From positions 35,140 to 99,139 of the forward strand of contig JBKJPL010000036.1 in assembly GCA_046595005.1 (NCBI GenBank): DNA of 64,000 nucleotides, in the 5' to 3' direction. The position numbers and the translations under genes were made by a program. Below, one piece after another: positions 18,354 through 27,804 of this stretch (positions are counted from its first letter, which is position 1; each line of letters starts with the position of its first letter). The DNA is from Bacteriovoracaceae bacterium. Its GTDB lineage: Bacteria > Bdellovibrionota > Bacteriovoracia > Bacteriovoracales > Bacteriovoracaceae. Below the pieces are notes generated by a model. That model searched no databases and was not told where the DNA came from. It was given only the letters and a program-made list of their open reading frames with translations.

Positions 18354-19865
18354 TTAATGAGCCTTGATAAGCTGAAAAATCTTCCTGAACTTTTCCGGGA
18401 GTTTGATGGTCACTATCTTTCCTTTCTTTTCAAGTTGAGCGCTTGCTTTGGAGAAGAAAGCCAGAGAAGTCGGATCAATGTAGTTAATGTTAGCAAAGTT
18501 AATTTCTATATTCTTATAAGCAGAAACTTCATTTATTATTTCTTCTTGTTTCAAGACAGAAAAGAAAACGAGTGCGCCGTCAAACTCCAGTATTGCTTTG
18601 TCCCCATCACCCTCGATCCTATAACTCGGCTTAAGAAACGAAGATGGACTAGCTCCCTGACACCACGACAAAAACGCTTTCATGATAATTCCCGCAAAGA
18701 TTCCTGCCAGAAGATCAATCCCCAGAGTAACTACGATAGTGGTGATGTAGGAAAGAAAGGGATTCCATCCCAGGTTCTTCATGTCTTTAAATTGTTTCGG
18801 TTGCGCCAGTCTAAACCCTACAAGGATGAGAATTGCAGACAACGAGGACAAAGGTATGGCATTCAGCACTTTAGGAAACAGTAGAAGAAACAACAAAATA
18901 AAAAAACCATGCGAAAAATTTGCGAGTGCCGTACGCGCTCCCTGAGTGATGCTCGCAGATGATCGGACAATTTCCGCAATGATAGGTAAGCCCCCAAGTA
19001 ATCCGCAACAGATGTTTACAACTCCTTTACTCCAGAGCTCGCGGTCAAAATCAGACTCTCTGTTGAGAGGATCAAGTTTATCTACGGCGCTTGCAGACAA
19101 GATCGATTCAAGGCTTGCAACAAAGAACAGCGAGATAATTGAAAGTAGAGATTCTTTTGAAGTGATGAGATCGAAAGATGGGCGTATTAAAAATTGTGAA
19201 ATATCAGTAGGAATGTTTACCAGCTCAATATTCGGCAAAAACCTGGTGAGAAATATACCAGTGCACACCACCACCAGAGGTGCAGGAACATATTTGGTAA
19301 GACTTAATTTCAGGTACGGATAACTCAAAAGCAAAACCAGACAAAGAAGCCCGATGATAGCTGCTTCTGGATTTAATCCGATTATAGAATGTGGTATCTG
19401 GAGAAGTGAATTGATGATAGAGCCAGATGATTTATGTCCCAGGAATACATGAATTTGCTTAATCAAGATGATAAGCCCGATTGATGAAAGCATGCCATGA
19501 ACAACAGAAGACGGAAAAAGAGATACAAATCTTCCGGCCTTCAAAATACCGCTCAGAATCTGAAGAACACCCATTATAATTACACAAGCGAGCATGCGCC
19601 TGAAACCCATGATCGGGTCACCATGAGAAAGGCTTTGAATGGCGCCCAGGACTACGACAATGAGTCCCGCTGCCGGACCATTAATAGTGACATATGATCC
19701 ACCAAGTATGGACCCTATTATTCCTCCTAAAACCGCAGAAACAAGACCAGCGCTGGATGGTGCCCCAGAAGCAATGGATATGCCCAATGACAAAGGCAGT
19801 GCAATTAGAAACACGACTAATCCAGCCTTAATATCTATGGGTGCGGACTCTTTTATGTTTATCAT
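18354..19865 (-). CDS. SulP/SLC26-family anion (probably bicarbonate) transporter with STAS domain
   Basis: DIKAGLVVFLIALPLSLGISIASGAP, TINGPAAGL, GGLPIIAEIVRSS, and C-terminal STAS-like YIDPTSL. Confidence 0.9.
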   Translation of the reverse strand: MINIKESAPIDIKAGLVVFLIALPLSLGISIASGAPSSAGLVSAVLGGIIGSILGGSYVTINGPAAGLIVVVLGAIQSLSHGDPIMGFRRMLACVIIMGVLQILSGILKAGRFVSLFPSSVVHGMLSSIGLIILIKQIHVFLGHKSSGSIINSLLQIPHSIIGLNPEAAIIGLLCLVLLLSYPYLKLSLTKYVPAPLVVVCTGIFLTRFLPNIELVNIPTDISQFLIRPSFDLITSKESLLSIISLFFVASLESILSASAVDKLDPLNRESDFDRELWSKGVVNICCGLLGGLPIIAEIVRSSASITQGARTALANFSHGFFILLFLLLFPKVLNAIPLSSLSAILILVGFRLAQPKQFKDMKNLGWNPFLSYITTIVVTLGIDLLAGIFAGIIMKAFLSWCQGASPSSFLKPSYRIEGDGDKAILEFDGALVFFSVLKQEEIINEVSAYKNIEINFANINYIDPTSLAFFSKASAQLEKKGKIVTIKLPEKFRKIFQLIKAH

Positions 19866-19896
19866 TACGCATTCTCCAAATTGTTCGATTTGAGTT

Positions 19897-19939
19897 AGTA
19901 TAAAGAAGCGTTATGAACGAGAGATGAATTCCTGATGAA
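19897..19939 (-). promoter_or_regulatory. Candidate sulP promoter: -10 TATACT plus three direct repeats at 11-bp period
   Basis: ATGAA at 19913, 19924 and 19935 (+); minus-strand TATACT at 19902-19897, 10 nt from the nearest repeat. Confidence 0.6.
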
Positions 19940-19966
19940 AAAAAATTCATACTGAGAGACATGTGA

Positions 19967-20635
19967 ATGAGAATTTTAGTTGTTGAGGACGAGTTAAAAC
20001 TTGCAAAATATACGGCCCAAACGCTGTCAGAAATGAGCTACATAGCTGAGATAGCTTCGACAGGCATGAAAGCACGGGAGTTATTCAAGTTAATTGATTA
20101 TGACCTTATCATTCTGGATATTAAGTTACCCGATGCTGACGGCATTGATTTATGCAGAGAATTTAAAAATTTAAAGCCAAAAAAACCGGTTCTCATGCTC
20201 ACTACACTCTCGCAAGTCTATGACAAAGTGAAAGGCTTGAACTCAGGGGCGGACGATTATATGACTAAGCCTTTTCACGTAGAGGAATTATCTGCGAGAG
20301 TCCGCGCTCTTCTCAGAAGGCATGATGTACAAGGTCTTCACCTCAAATGTGCAGACCTTGAGCTGGACCTTGTGAGGCGAGAAGCAATCCGAAATGGAAA
20401 AAATATAAAACTTACGACAAAAGAATTCGGGTTACTTGAATATCTTCTCAGAAATGTGGGCAGACCCCTTTCCAGGGCCCAGATTGCAGAGCATGTATGG
20501 GATCTGCATTTTGATCCAGAATCTAATGTCGTTGATGCCTACATTAAACAGCTGCGAAAGAAAATAGACAGCGAAAACTCTAAAAAACTAATTAAGACGA
20601 TAGTTGGTTTAGGCTATGTCATTAGTGATGAGTAA
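19967..20635 (+). CDS. OmpR/PhoB-family response regulator (CusR/CzcR-like)
   Basis: VEDE, LDIKLP, GADDYMTKPF, LTTKEFGLLEYL, SNVVDAYIKQLRKKID, TIVGLGY. Confidence 0.95.
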   Translation: MRILVVEDELKLAKYTAQTLSEMSYIAEIASTGMKARELFKLIDYDLIILDIKLPDADGIDLCREFKNLKPKKPVLMLTTLSQVYDKVKGLNSGADDYMTKPFHVEELSARVRALLRRHDVQGLHLKCADLELDLVRREAIRNGKNIKLTTKEFGLLEYLLRNVGRPLSRAQIAEHVWDLHFDPESNVVDAYIKQLRKKIDSENSKKLIKTIVGLGYVISDE

Positions 20636-22286
20636 TTCATATAAGGATCTAAAGAAAAGTGCTCTAAAATTCGCAGCTATAATTTCCCTGATATTATTTT
20701 CTATCGATTACTTTCTCTACTTTTCACGAATCAACAGCAAAAAATCTGAAATTGTGCTCGATATCCTCCAACGGGATGAGAAGCAGACTAATGAAATCTA
20801 TCGACTTATTAATAGTCTGGAAGATGATCTGAGTTTTCTTGAAAAAGAGATATTTTCCGCTCAAAAGTCTGAAGCAGAAGAGAAAGTTAAACCTCTCATC
20901 TCTTTCATGGAAACGCATCCCCATTATATCAAGCTTCGGCTTGCGACGATTGAGGGCAAAGAGCTTTTTAAGATTGTAAAAAGATCAAAAGTAACTGGAT
21001 TTGAAGAATCAAAAAAATATTTTCACCTTGGCGGTCAGAAGTTTTTCGATGATTTAAAAAAAGCAGGTCATGACTCATATTTCTTCTCGGCAATGGATGC
21101 CAACATCATTGACGGTAAAATAGAAAAACCACTTCGTCCGACGATTCGGGTATCGAAACGAACGAGATTATTTTCCGGGGCAGAAGGAATTCTGATCTTA
21201 AACATTGACGGTCATGACATTCTGAATTTGTTTACCTATGGCAGTGGGATTTCAAAATTTGTTTCAGAAAAAATATTCGTGGATGACTCGGGAAATTTTG
21301 TCGCTTCGTACCCTCTGCTTCCGCTCGAGAAGTATACGATCTCGAAGAAAAAAATAGACGCTGAGATTCTACAGAATCTGAATAAAACTCCGAAGAACTA
21401 TGGATCTTTCGCATTCGAAGATAGAATCGTTATATACACAAAGTTATCATTACCAAGAACCAATGAAAATTGGTTCATGATCTCACTGATATCTGAAAAT
21501 GCTATCAGTAAGTCTTTTCAATCGGAAAGGCTAGCTTGGCTGTTCTGGGAAATGCTGTTTTTTTGTCTTGGCGTGACGTGGTTCTGGAAGTCTGAGAAGA
21601 AAAGATATCATGAACAAGTAGTAAAGGTTCTCCTTCATGAAAGAAGTGAGTTTATAGAAAATGTTTCTCACCAGCTTAAAACACCCCTGGCAATTATAAA
21701 CAATTATCTTTCCCAACCCGAACGAACCTCAGCACACATTTCAGACATCAAGAGTGAGGTCTCTCACCTGATTAAGGTCATAGATGATCTTTTGCTTTTA
21801 TCTCATGTTGAGTCGTTTAAAGATATTTCCTTACAAAAAGAAAGTGTCCTGGAAGTTGTAAGTCAGGCAATTGACCTGGTTGCAGAAAAGGCCAAGGAAA
21901 AGAAAGTTAATCTGAAATTTAATCTTAGGGAAGATCTTCTGGATTCAACCAATTTCCTGGAACGTTATATGATGCCCGAGCTGATAAAATCGGCGATCTC
22001 TAACATCCTGGTGAATGCTATTGATCATGGACCCACCGGATCAGATATAAATATTGAAATGTATCTCGAAGGCTCACGAATTTTCATCACAATAAAGGAT
22101 TCTGGTCCTGGTATTCCAGATTCATTTGTCCCGATGATCTTTAACAGATTCACCCGGGCACAGGGCCAGGAGCGTAAAGGATCAGGCCTTGGACTTGCTA
22201 TTTCCAGGAAGATAATAGAACTCCATGGAGGCTCGATCAGACTATCCTCAAATACAGATGGAGCGACGTTCGAAATTATCCTCTGA
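20616..22286 (+). CDS. Sensor histidine kinase with periplasmic Cache-like domain
   Basis: Two TM segments flanking about 270 aa containing YIKLRL..EGKE and DANIIDGKIEKPLRPTIR; SHQLKTPL H-box, NAIDH, DSGPGI, GSGLGLAI. Confidence 0.9.
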   Translation: MSLVMSNSYKDLKKSALKFAAIISLILFSIDYFLYFSRINSKKSEIVLDILQRDEKQTNEIYRLINSLEDDLSFLEKEIFSAQKSEAEEKVKPLISFMETHPHYIKLRLATIEGKELFKIVKRSKVTGFEESKKYFHLGGQKFFDDLKKAGHDSYFFSAMDANIIDGKIEKPLRPTIRVSKRTRLFSGAEGILILNIDGHDILNLFTYGSGISKFVSEKIFVDDSGNFVASYPLLPLEKYTISKKKIDAEILQNLNKTPKNYGSFAFEDRIVIYTKLSLPRTNENWFMISLISENAISKSFQSERLAWLFWEMLFFCLGVTWFWKSEKKRYHEQVVKVLLHERSEFIENVSHQLKTPLAIINNYLSQPERTSAHISDIKSEVSHLIKVIDDLLLLSHVESFKDISLQKESVLEVVSQAIDLVAEKAKEKKVNLKFNLREDLLDSTNFLERYMMPELIKSAISNILVNAIDHGPTGSDINIEMYLEGSRIFITIKDSGPGIPDSFVPMIFNRFTRAQGQERKGSGLGLAISRKIIELHGGSIRLSSNTDGATFEIIL

Positions 22287-22360
22287 TTGTAAAGCCGATC
22301 GTGAAACTCCAATAACATTCAGCTGCCATACGCGCTGTCCCTGCAGTATGATAAAAGCCT

Positions 22361-22819
22361 ATGGAAAGTAAAACGACATGGATTCGAGGCATGCAGTTCA
22401 AGGCGGAAAATCGCGGACTGGTGTCTCACTTTGATGTCTCAGCGGAACAGGGAGGGGAAAATTCGGCCCCTACTCCGAAAGAAGTACTGCTAAATGCCAT
22501 GTGCGCCTGTTCAGGTATGGATGTGGTAGCGATAGCAAAAAAAATGCGCCTGGAACTTTCTTCGGTGTCGATGACGGCCACGGCCGAAAAAACAAACACC
22601 ATTCCTTCCTATTTTGCTTCGGTCCATATCAAATATTTTATCGAAGGACTGGATCTCGATCGTGAAAAGGTCATTCGCCTCGTAAGTCTTTCCATGACCA
22701 AGTACTGTGGCGTGAGCTACATGGTCGCGAAGGCTTCTCCAATAACCTACGACATCACTCTGAACGGCAAAGTCATTCATCAGGATAAGGCCGAATTTTC
22801 TCTGGAGGTTCTGACGTGA
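22361..22819 (+). CDS. OsmC/YhfA family protein
   Basis: PTPKEVLLNAMCACSGMDV and KYCGVS with two conserved Cys. Confidence 0.9.
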   Translation: MESKTTWIRGMQFKAENRGLVSHFDVSAEQGGENSAPTPKEVLLNAMCACSGMDVVAIAKKMRLELSSVSMTATAEKTNTIPSYFASVHIKYFIEGLDLDREKVIRLVSLSMTKYCGVSYMVAKASPITYDITLNGKVIHQDKAEFSLEVLT

Positions 22820-23517
22820 CTGCAGAAAAACCGGTCATTATTTTTCTTCATGCAGCCCTGAGTACTTCAAAAGAACTCGAGCCCCTGATGAAGATTGTCG
22901 CTGAAAAGGGATACCGCACTCTGACCTTTGATTTCTCCGGGCATGGAAGAACTGCCGCATTACCATCTGATTTCCGTATTGATCATTTTGCCGGTGAACT
23001 TGATAAATTCATCAAGTCACATAAGCTGACTGCTCCCGCAGTTTTCGGCCATTCGCTTGGTGGATATGTAGCACTTTTTCACAAGGCCAATGTAGAAGAT
23101 TCTCCGATCACACATATCATTACCTATGGAACGAAGTTCAACTGGTCAGAGTCATCAGTGGCGAAAGAACTCCCGATGATGATTCCCGAACATATTGAAG
23201 AAAAGTTCCCTGGTTTCCGCGATATTCTGATTGAGAGACATGGCGAACGATGGAAGCATCTTCTCCGCTCCACTGCCCACATGGTGAGAAATCTCGAAAA
23301 GCTTGACGGTCTCACACGGGAAGATATGGCGAGTATCGAGATTCCTGTTTGCCTCTTGTTTGGTGATCAGGACCGGATGGTTGGCATTGAGGAAACGCAA
23401 CTGGCCCACAACCAGCTTCATCATTCAGTTGTTAAGACAATCGGCCACTCTAAACATGATTTAGATAAGGCAAACCTGAAAGAAATAGCCGGCATCATGG
23501 AAAATTTCCTCTTCTGA
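22816..23517 (+). CDS. Alpha/beta hydrolase
   Basis: FDFSGHG, GHSLGG nucleophile elbow, GDQD, and a C-terminal His. Confidence 0.88.
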   Translation: MTAEKPVIIFLHAALSTSKELEPLMKIVAEKGYRTLTFDFSGHGRTAALPSDFRIDHFAGELDKFIKSHKLTAPAVFGHSLGGYVALFHKANVEDSPITHIITYGTKFNWSESSVAKELPMMIPEHIEEKFPGFRDILIERHGERWKHLLRSTAHMVRNLEKLDGLTREDMASIEIPVCLLFGDQDRMVGIEETQLAHNQLHHSVVKTIGHSKHDLDKANLKEIAGIMENFLF

Positions 23518-23576
23518 GGGAAATGAAGAAAGTCTTTAGGTGACCTAGGGGCGGACTTCTCTTAAAAATAGTTCCA

Positions 23577-23978
23577 ATGCAGCCCAAGATAATCGCTATT
23601 ATCGACGATGAGCCCGAGATGGAAGACCTCTATCTTCTGATTCTCGAATCCCTTATTGATCGGGAAGTCGTCGAACTCCAATTCTTCCCGGATGGGCTGA
23701 CCTTTCTGACGTGGTTCCGTAAAAACAGACCCGATCTTCTCCTCTGCGATATCAATCTTCCGGGAATGAATGGAACTGAGCTGGTCCAGGAGATGCGTCG
23801 CCTGGAAATACTTGGCTCAACGCCCTGCATCCCGGTGAGTTTCGTGAGTGGCCACCATCCTGAGAACTATACGGACATCATGAAAGAATGTGCTGTGACC
23901 CGATTTATCACCAAACCCCTTTCGGCGCGGGAAACTCTGGCCCTGATCGAGAAAGATCTGGGATTAGTTTCCCCATAG
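23577..23978 (+). CDS. Single-domain response regulator
   Basis: IIDDE, CDINLPGMNG, VSG, TKP. Confidence 0.9.
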   Translation: MQPKIIAIIDDEPEMEDLYLLILESLIDREVVELQFFPDGLTFLTWFRKNRPDLLLCDINLPGMNGTELVQEMRRLEILGSTPCIPVSFVSGHHPENYTDIMKECAVTRFITKPLSARETLALIEKDLGLVSP

Positions 23979-24011
23979 ATTCAAAGTCCATTCTGAGAGA
24001 AAATATTCCGA

Positions 24012-26822
24012 ATGAGAGAATACGCATGGATCGCAGAGCTGGCCGCTGAGTGCAAAGAGTACTCTGACTCTTTAGGGGCGTACTTCGCCAAGTCTGTATC
24101 AAAAGTTTCATTTGATCCGGTTCCCCAGCATGAGATGAAGCGCTCATGGGCCGTACTCACGCGTGACCTCGTTTATTTTTCATTCGATGAAGATTCGCCT
24201 TACCCGCCCGAGATGCAGGAAACTATCCGCGCGCTCGAGACAATCGGGATTGATAAGTTCAACCAGGATCTCCTGAACGAAGCAAGTCTCGCTCCTATTT
24301 TCTCGGCCAGCTTTGAAAAACTTTTCAATACTCTTGAAGCTCATCCGCAGATTCTGGAAATGTTGGATCAGGCAGATATTATCGAAGATATTCTTGGTGT
24401 CGTAGCAAGAAGATATCTTCCGATTTTTAAACTCTTCCCGGTTTTCAGCACGGAAGCACTTGCTGTTGTTCCTCACCTTCGCGAGCCACTTTTTACCGCT
24501 CTCTATGAGCTCCCTGAATCTGAACATAAGCGCCTCACCTTTCTCACTGAGAAAATCATGCGGAAGTTTTATGGCGAACAGGTAAGACCCAAGCTCTATG
24601 AAATGCTCAAGTCCAACATCAAGGGAAGAAATCTTCTTCTTCCTCTGATCGATGAGGCCGTGAATCACCTTCCACCTGATCGTTGTATGACTTCTCTTAT
24701 TTCTATTCTCTGTACTCCGCGTGAGGAACTCACGCAGGGAAGAATTATTTCCATCGTCCTCCAGGAACTCGGAGGAATGTATGTGAAGCTTGCCCAGGTT
24801 CTCGCAGAACTTGCTCCTCCTTCACTAGCTAAAGAACTTCGACACCAGCAGGATAAGCTCGGTGGTATTTTCGGCTCTCAGGAAAAATCCTGGAAATATG
24901 TTCTGGAAATTCTGAGTCGCCCTGCCTGGGAAAGAATCCGTTCCTATATTCATATTCCCACTCACACGCAGAATGCTTTCGCTGGTGCCTCGGTTGGTGC
25001 CATTTATGAATTCCAGCTCACGGAGCATGGGAAAAGAAAATTAGGTACTGAGAACTCGATACTCCTTAAAGTTCAAAGACCAGGGCTCACGGTACTTTTT
25101 GAGCAGCAGAAAAATACTCTTCTCTCTATTCTCGATCATCTTGACCAGACTCTGCCGGAAACAGAATTATCCGTACAGGAACAGCAGGAAGTGAAGGCGC
25201 TCATCACTGCTTTAAAAAGAACGATTATCAATTACGCCGCTCAATCTATCGGCGAGCTTGATTTCCGGATCGAAAAGAAAAATGCGGAGATGGTAAGAGC
25301 TGCACTGAAAGGGAAATTCGACCTCGAAATTCCCCAGTATTTTCACGTTGAGCCTGATGTCTCGATGATGGAAAGAATTAACGGCGAAAAAATCACTTCG
25401 ATTGTTCAGTCCAGATATCTTGAACGCATGAGTATTTCCGACCTCGTCTCCGATGCTTATCTCTATCTCATGTTCAAGGAAGGTATCATCTGGGCCGATC
25501 CACATGCCGGAAATATACTTTATGATCCTGATCGCCATCAGGTAAAACTCATTGATCTTAATCCGTGTTTCACCTGGGAACGCCATACGATCAAGATTTT
25601 TATCGGCTTCCTCTATCGTCTGATTCTCTCTGACCAGAAAGGAATCATGCATTCCCTTTCGGGTCTAGTCGTAAATCCGGATGACCTGAAATCGGAAAAA
25701 AACCAGAAACTCATTAATGACTTTCTCGCACAGGGAAATTCTGGTGCGTTCATTCGTTATCTTTCTGAGTTCGTGCGTCTCCTCGGAGAAGCAAACATCG
25801 ATCTCCGGATTGAAGTTCAGGCCGCTCTTCGCGGGCTGTCTCAGGTTTACATCACATCTGCAGCGATCTCATCGCGAAATAACTTCGGACAGAATTTCCA
25901 GAAGCAATTTGGCTGGAAAGTTGTAGTTAAGCACGTTCTCTCGATTGGACCTTTAAAAGTTATCCGCGCAGCTCTTCCACTCGCTTTTGATCTTGTGAGA
26001 AATTCTCCCGAGCAGGAAGTCGGTCCTACTCTTGATGAGCGCGATCTCTTAGCAATCCATGAGGCCCTCGAACTTCTCAACCAGGAAAACGTCTGCAACA
26101 TTGAAATGCTCCGCACTTCTCCGGAAGACAATACCAATCTCTCACTCGCGGGTGACGGATCAAGTCTCATCAAAAGTTCGCATCTGAGACTCACGATTCA
26201 GACAGAAACTAAACCCGCATCGGTTCGTTATATTATCGAGATTCCATCAAAAGAATGGCTCAAAGAACGCCAGGAATATGTAAAACTTCAGGGTCTGGGT
26301 TTCACACTATGTATTGTGGAATGCATGGAACAGCTTCGAAGACATTCTCTTGAAGATTACTGGCTCGTGGCCGAATTCTGGAATGCTGTTCCCGGAAAAA
26401 GATCTCTGAAAGCAAACAGTATCATTGGTGACGTTCGGGTTGCCGCGCGCATGCTCTTTACCCGTCGTTATGAAAATATCTGGGTATCGGAATACATGAC
26501 GATCTCAAAAAGGAATCGTTTCCTTTGGAAATTGATGATTCACTTTGAAGAAAGATTCGAGAGAAGAGAGCAAGGCTATTTCTATCTTCTGAGTAAAAAA
26601 ATGGGTGCTGCAGAGAAAGTTGGACAGCTCACTTTCGGAACTCTTCACCGTGTGAAAGTTATTACTTATCGACTCATCATCTCAGGCATCAAGACCCTTA
26701 TACGAAGTGCCCGCTTCGAGATGAATCTCCTTCCCCTGTCTACGGACGACCTCATCAATCGTATGATTCACGGACTTCTGCGCCGTGGGGTGCATTTTGA
26801 ACGCAGAAAGAACGAAAAATAG
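24012..26822 (+). CDS. ABC1/UbiB/AarF-family atypical kinase with long extensions
   Basis: LGGMYVKLAQ, ASVGAIY, LKVQRPG, ELDFRIE, MERING, WADPHAGNI. Confidence 0.85.
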   Translation: MREYAWIAELAAECKEYSDSLGAYFAKSVSKVSFDPVPQHEMKRSWAVLTRDLVYFSFDEDSPYPPEMQETIRALETIGIDKFNQDLLNEASLAPIFSASFEKLFNTLEAHPQILEMLDQADIIEDILGVVARRYLPIFKLFPVFSTEALAVVPHLREPLFTALYELPESEHKRLTFLTEKIMRKFYGEQVRPKLYEMLKSNIKGRNLLLPLIDEAVNHLPPDRCMTSLISILCTPREELTQGRIISIVLQELGGMYVKLAQVLAELAPPSLAKELRHQQDKLGGIFGSQEKSWKYVLEILSRPAWERIRSYIHIPTHTQNAFAGASVGAIYEFQLTEHGKRKLGTENSILLKVQRPGLTVLFEQQKNTLLSILDHLDQTLPETELSVQEQQEVKALITALKRTIINYAAQSIGELDFRIEKKNAEMVRAALKGKFDLEIPQYFHVEPDVSMMERINGEKITSIVQSRYLERMSISDLVSDAYLYLMFKEGIIWADPHAGNILYDPDRHQVKLIDLNPCFTWERHTIKIFIGFLYRLILSDQKGIMHSLSGLVVNPDDLKSEKNQKLINDFLAQGNSGAFIRYLSEFVRLLGEANIDLRIEVQAALRGLSQVYITSAAISSRNNFGQNFQKQFGWKVVVKHVLSIGPLKVIRAALPLAFDLVRNSPEQEVGPTLDERDLLAIHEALELLNQENVCNIEMLRTSPEDNTNLSLAGDGSSLIKSSHLRLTIQTETKPASVRYIIEIPSKEWLKERQEYVKLQGLGFTLCIVECMEQLRRHSLEDYWLVAEFWNAVPGKRSLKANSIIGDVRVAARMLFTRRYENIWVSEYMTISKRNRFLWKLMIHFEERFERREQGYFYLLSKKMGAAEKVGQLTFGTLHRVKVITYRLIISGIKTLIRSARFEMNLLPLSTDDLINRMIHGLLRRGVHFERRKNEK

Positions 26823-26913
26823 CCGAAAACCCTGTAAGTTCTACCCCATAAAAGTAAGCATAAATAATTAGTCAAAGACGGCCATTCCTACTTAGATTAT
26901 AAAGGAGGCCTCT

Positions 26914-27804
26914 ATGATGAACCTGGTTTTTGCCATCCTACTTTCAGTCACTGCTGCTTTCGCGGGCCCCCGTGAAGCTGCCCAGAACTATCTGGATCGC
27001 GCGGCCAATGTCAGCGGTGTAGCTAATCGACTCGAAGTTTTCTCAAAATTGTTTCTCGGTCTTCCCTACGGTGTCGGTGGTCCACTCGGCGAAGGTACGG
27101 ATGGTCGTTACGATCAGGATCCACTTTATCGTTTTGATACTTTTGATTGCACAACATATGTTGAAACTATCGTTTCATTCGCTCTTTCGCGTTCAGCTGG
27201 TGAATTTGAAGAAATGATGAACACCATCCGTTACGAAAACGGTGAGGTTGATTACCTAAAGCGAAGTCACTTTACTGATCTCTGGTGGATTCCCAGAAAT
27301 ATCCAGAATGGTCTTCTCACCGATATCACTCATAACCTCGGTGGAAATCGCGTGCTGATTGCAAGTGCATTGATTAATCTCCCGGGATGGCTCAGGAAAA
27401 TTCATCCGGAAGAAATTCGCGTGCCGAATGCAAGCGTTGAAGAAAGAAACTCGCTCCTCGAAGAATTACGTTCCATGCATGTGAATTACACTACTCATGT
27501 GGCAAAAGTTCCTTACGTGTCCATCAACTGGATTCTGAAGAACCCATCTTTCGTGAATAAAATTCCTCACGGAACGATCGTGAATTTTGTCCGCCCAAAC
27601 TGGGATCTCACTCAGGAGTACGGCTCTCACCAGAATATTTCCCATCAGGCATTTCTCTTTCGTAAGGGAAAGGTGCTCTATCAGCGTCACGCATCGACAT
27701 CAAGTCCTCAGGAAGTCTTTGAACTTCCCTTTCTCGATTACCTCAAGAAGTTTGAGAATCATGCGACAATGAAAGGTGTGCATTTCATGAGAGTGAACGA
27801 GTAA
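26914..27804 (+). CDS. Secreted DUF1460 N-acetylmuramoyl-L-alanine amidase-like protein (NlpC/P60-like)
   Basis: Signal peptide; FLGLPY, LYRFDTFDCTTYVE with the catalytic Cys, RSHFT, SHQAF and RHAS; AGGAGG SD. Confidence 0.85.
   Translation: MMNLVFAILLSVTAAFAGPREAAQNYLDRAANVSGVANRLEVFSKLFLGLPYGVGGPLGEGTDGRYDQDPLYRFDTFDCTTYVETIVSFALSRSAGEFEEMMNTIRYENGEVDYLKRSHFTDLWWIPRNIQNGLLTDITHNLGGNRVLIASALINLPGWLRKIHPEEIRVPNASVEERNSLLEELRSMHVNYTTHVAKVPYVSINWILKNPSFVNKIPHGTIVNFVRPNWDLTQEYGSHQNISHQAFLFRKGKVLYQRHASTSSPQEVFELPFLDYLKKFENHATMKGVHFMRVNE

Noticed and set aside
18357-19323. Long + strand ORFs of 175 aa and 125 aa
   Set aside because: Antisense to the well-supported sulP gene, with no motifs
12699-19865. 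Evidence for autotrophy or a carboxysome
   Set aside because: No RuBisCO, shell or Calvin-cycle genes in the window; Dab/Mps pumps also occur in heterotrophs
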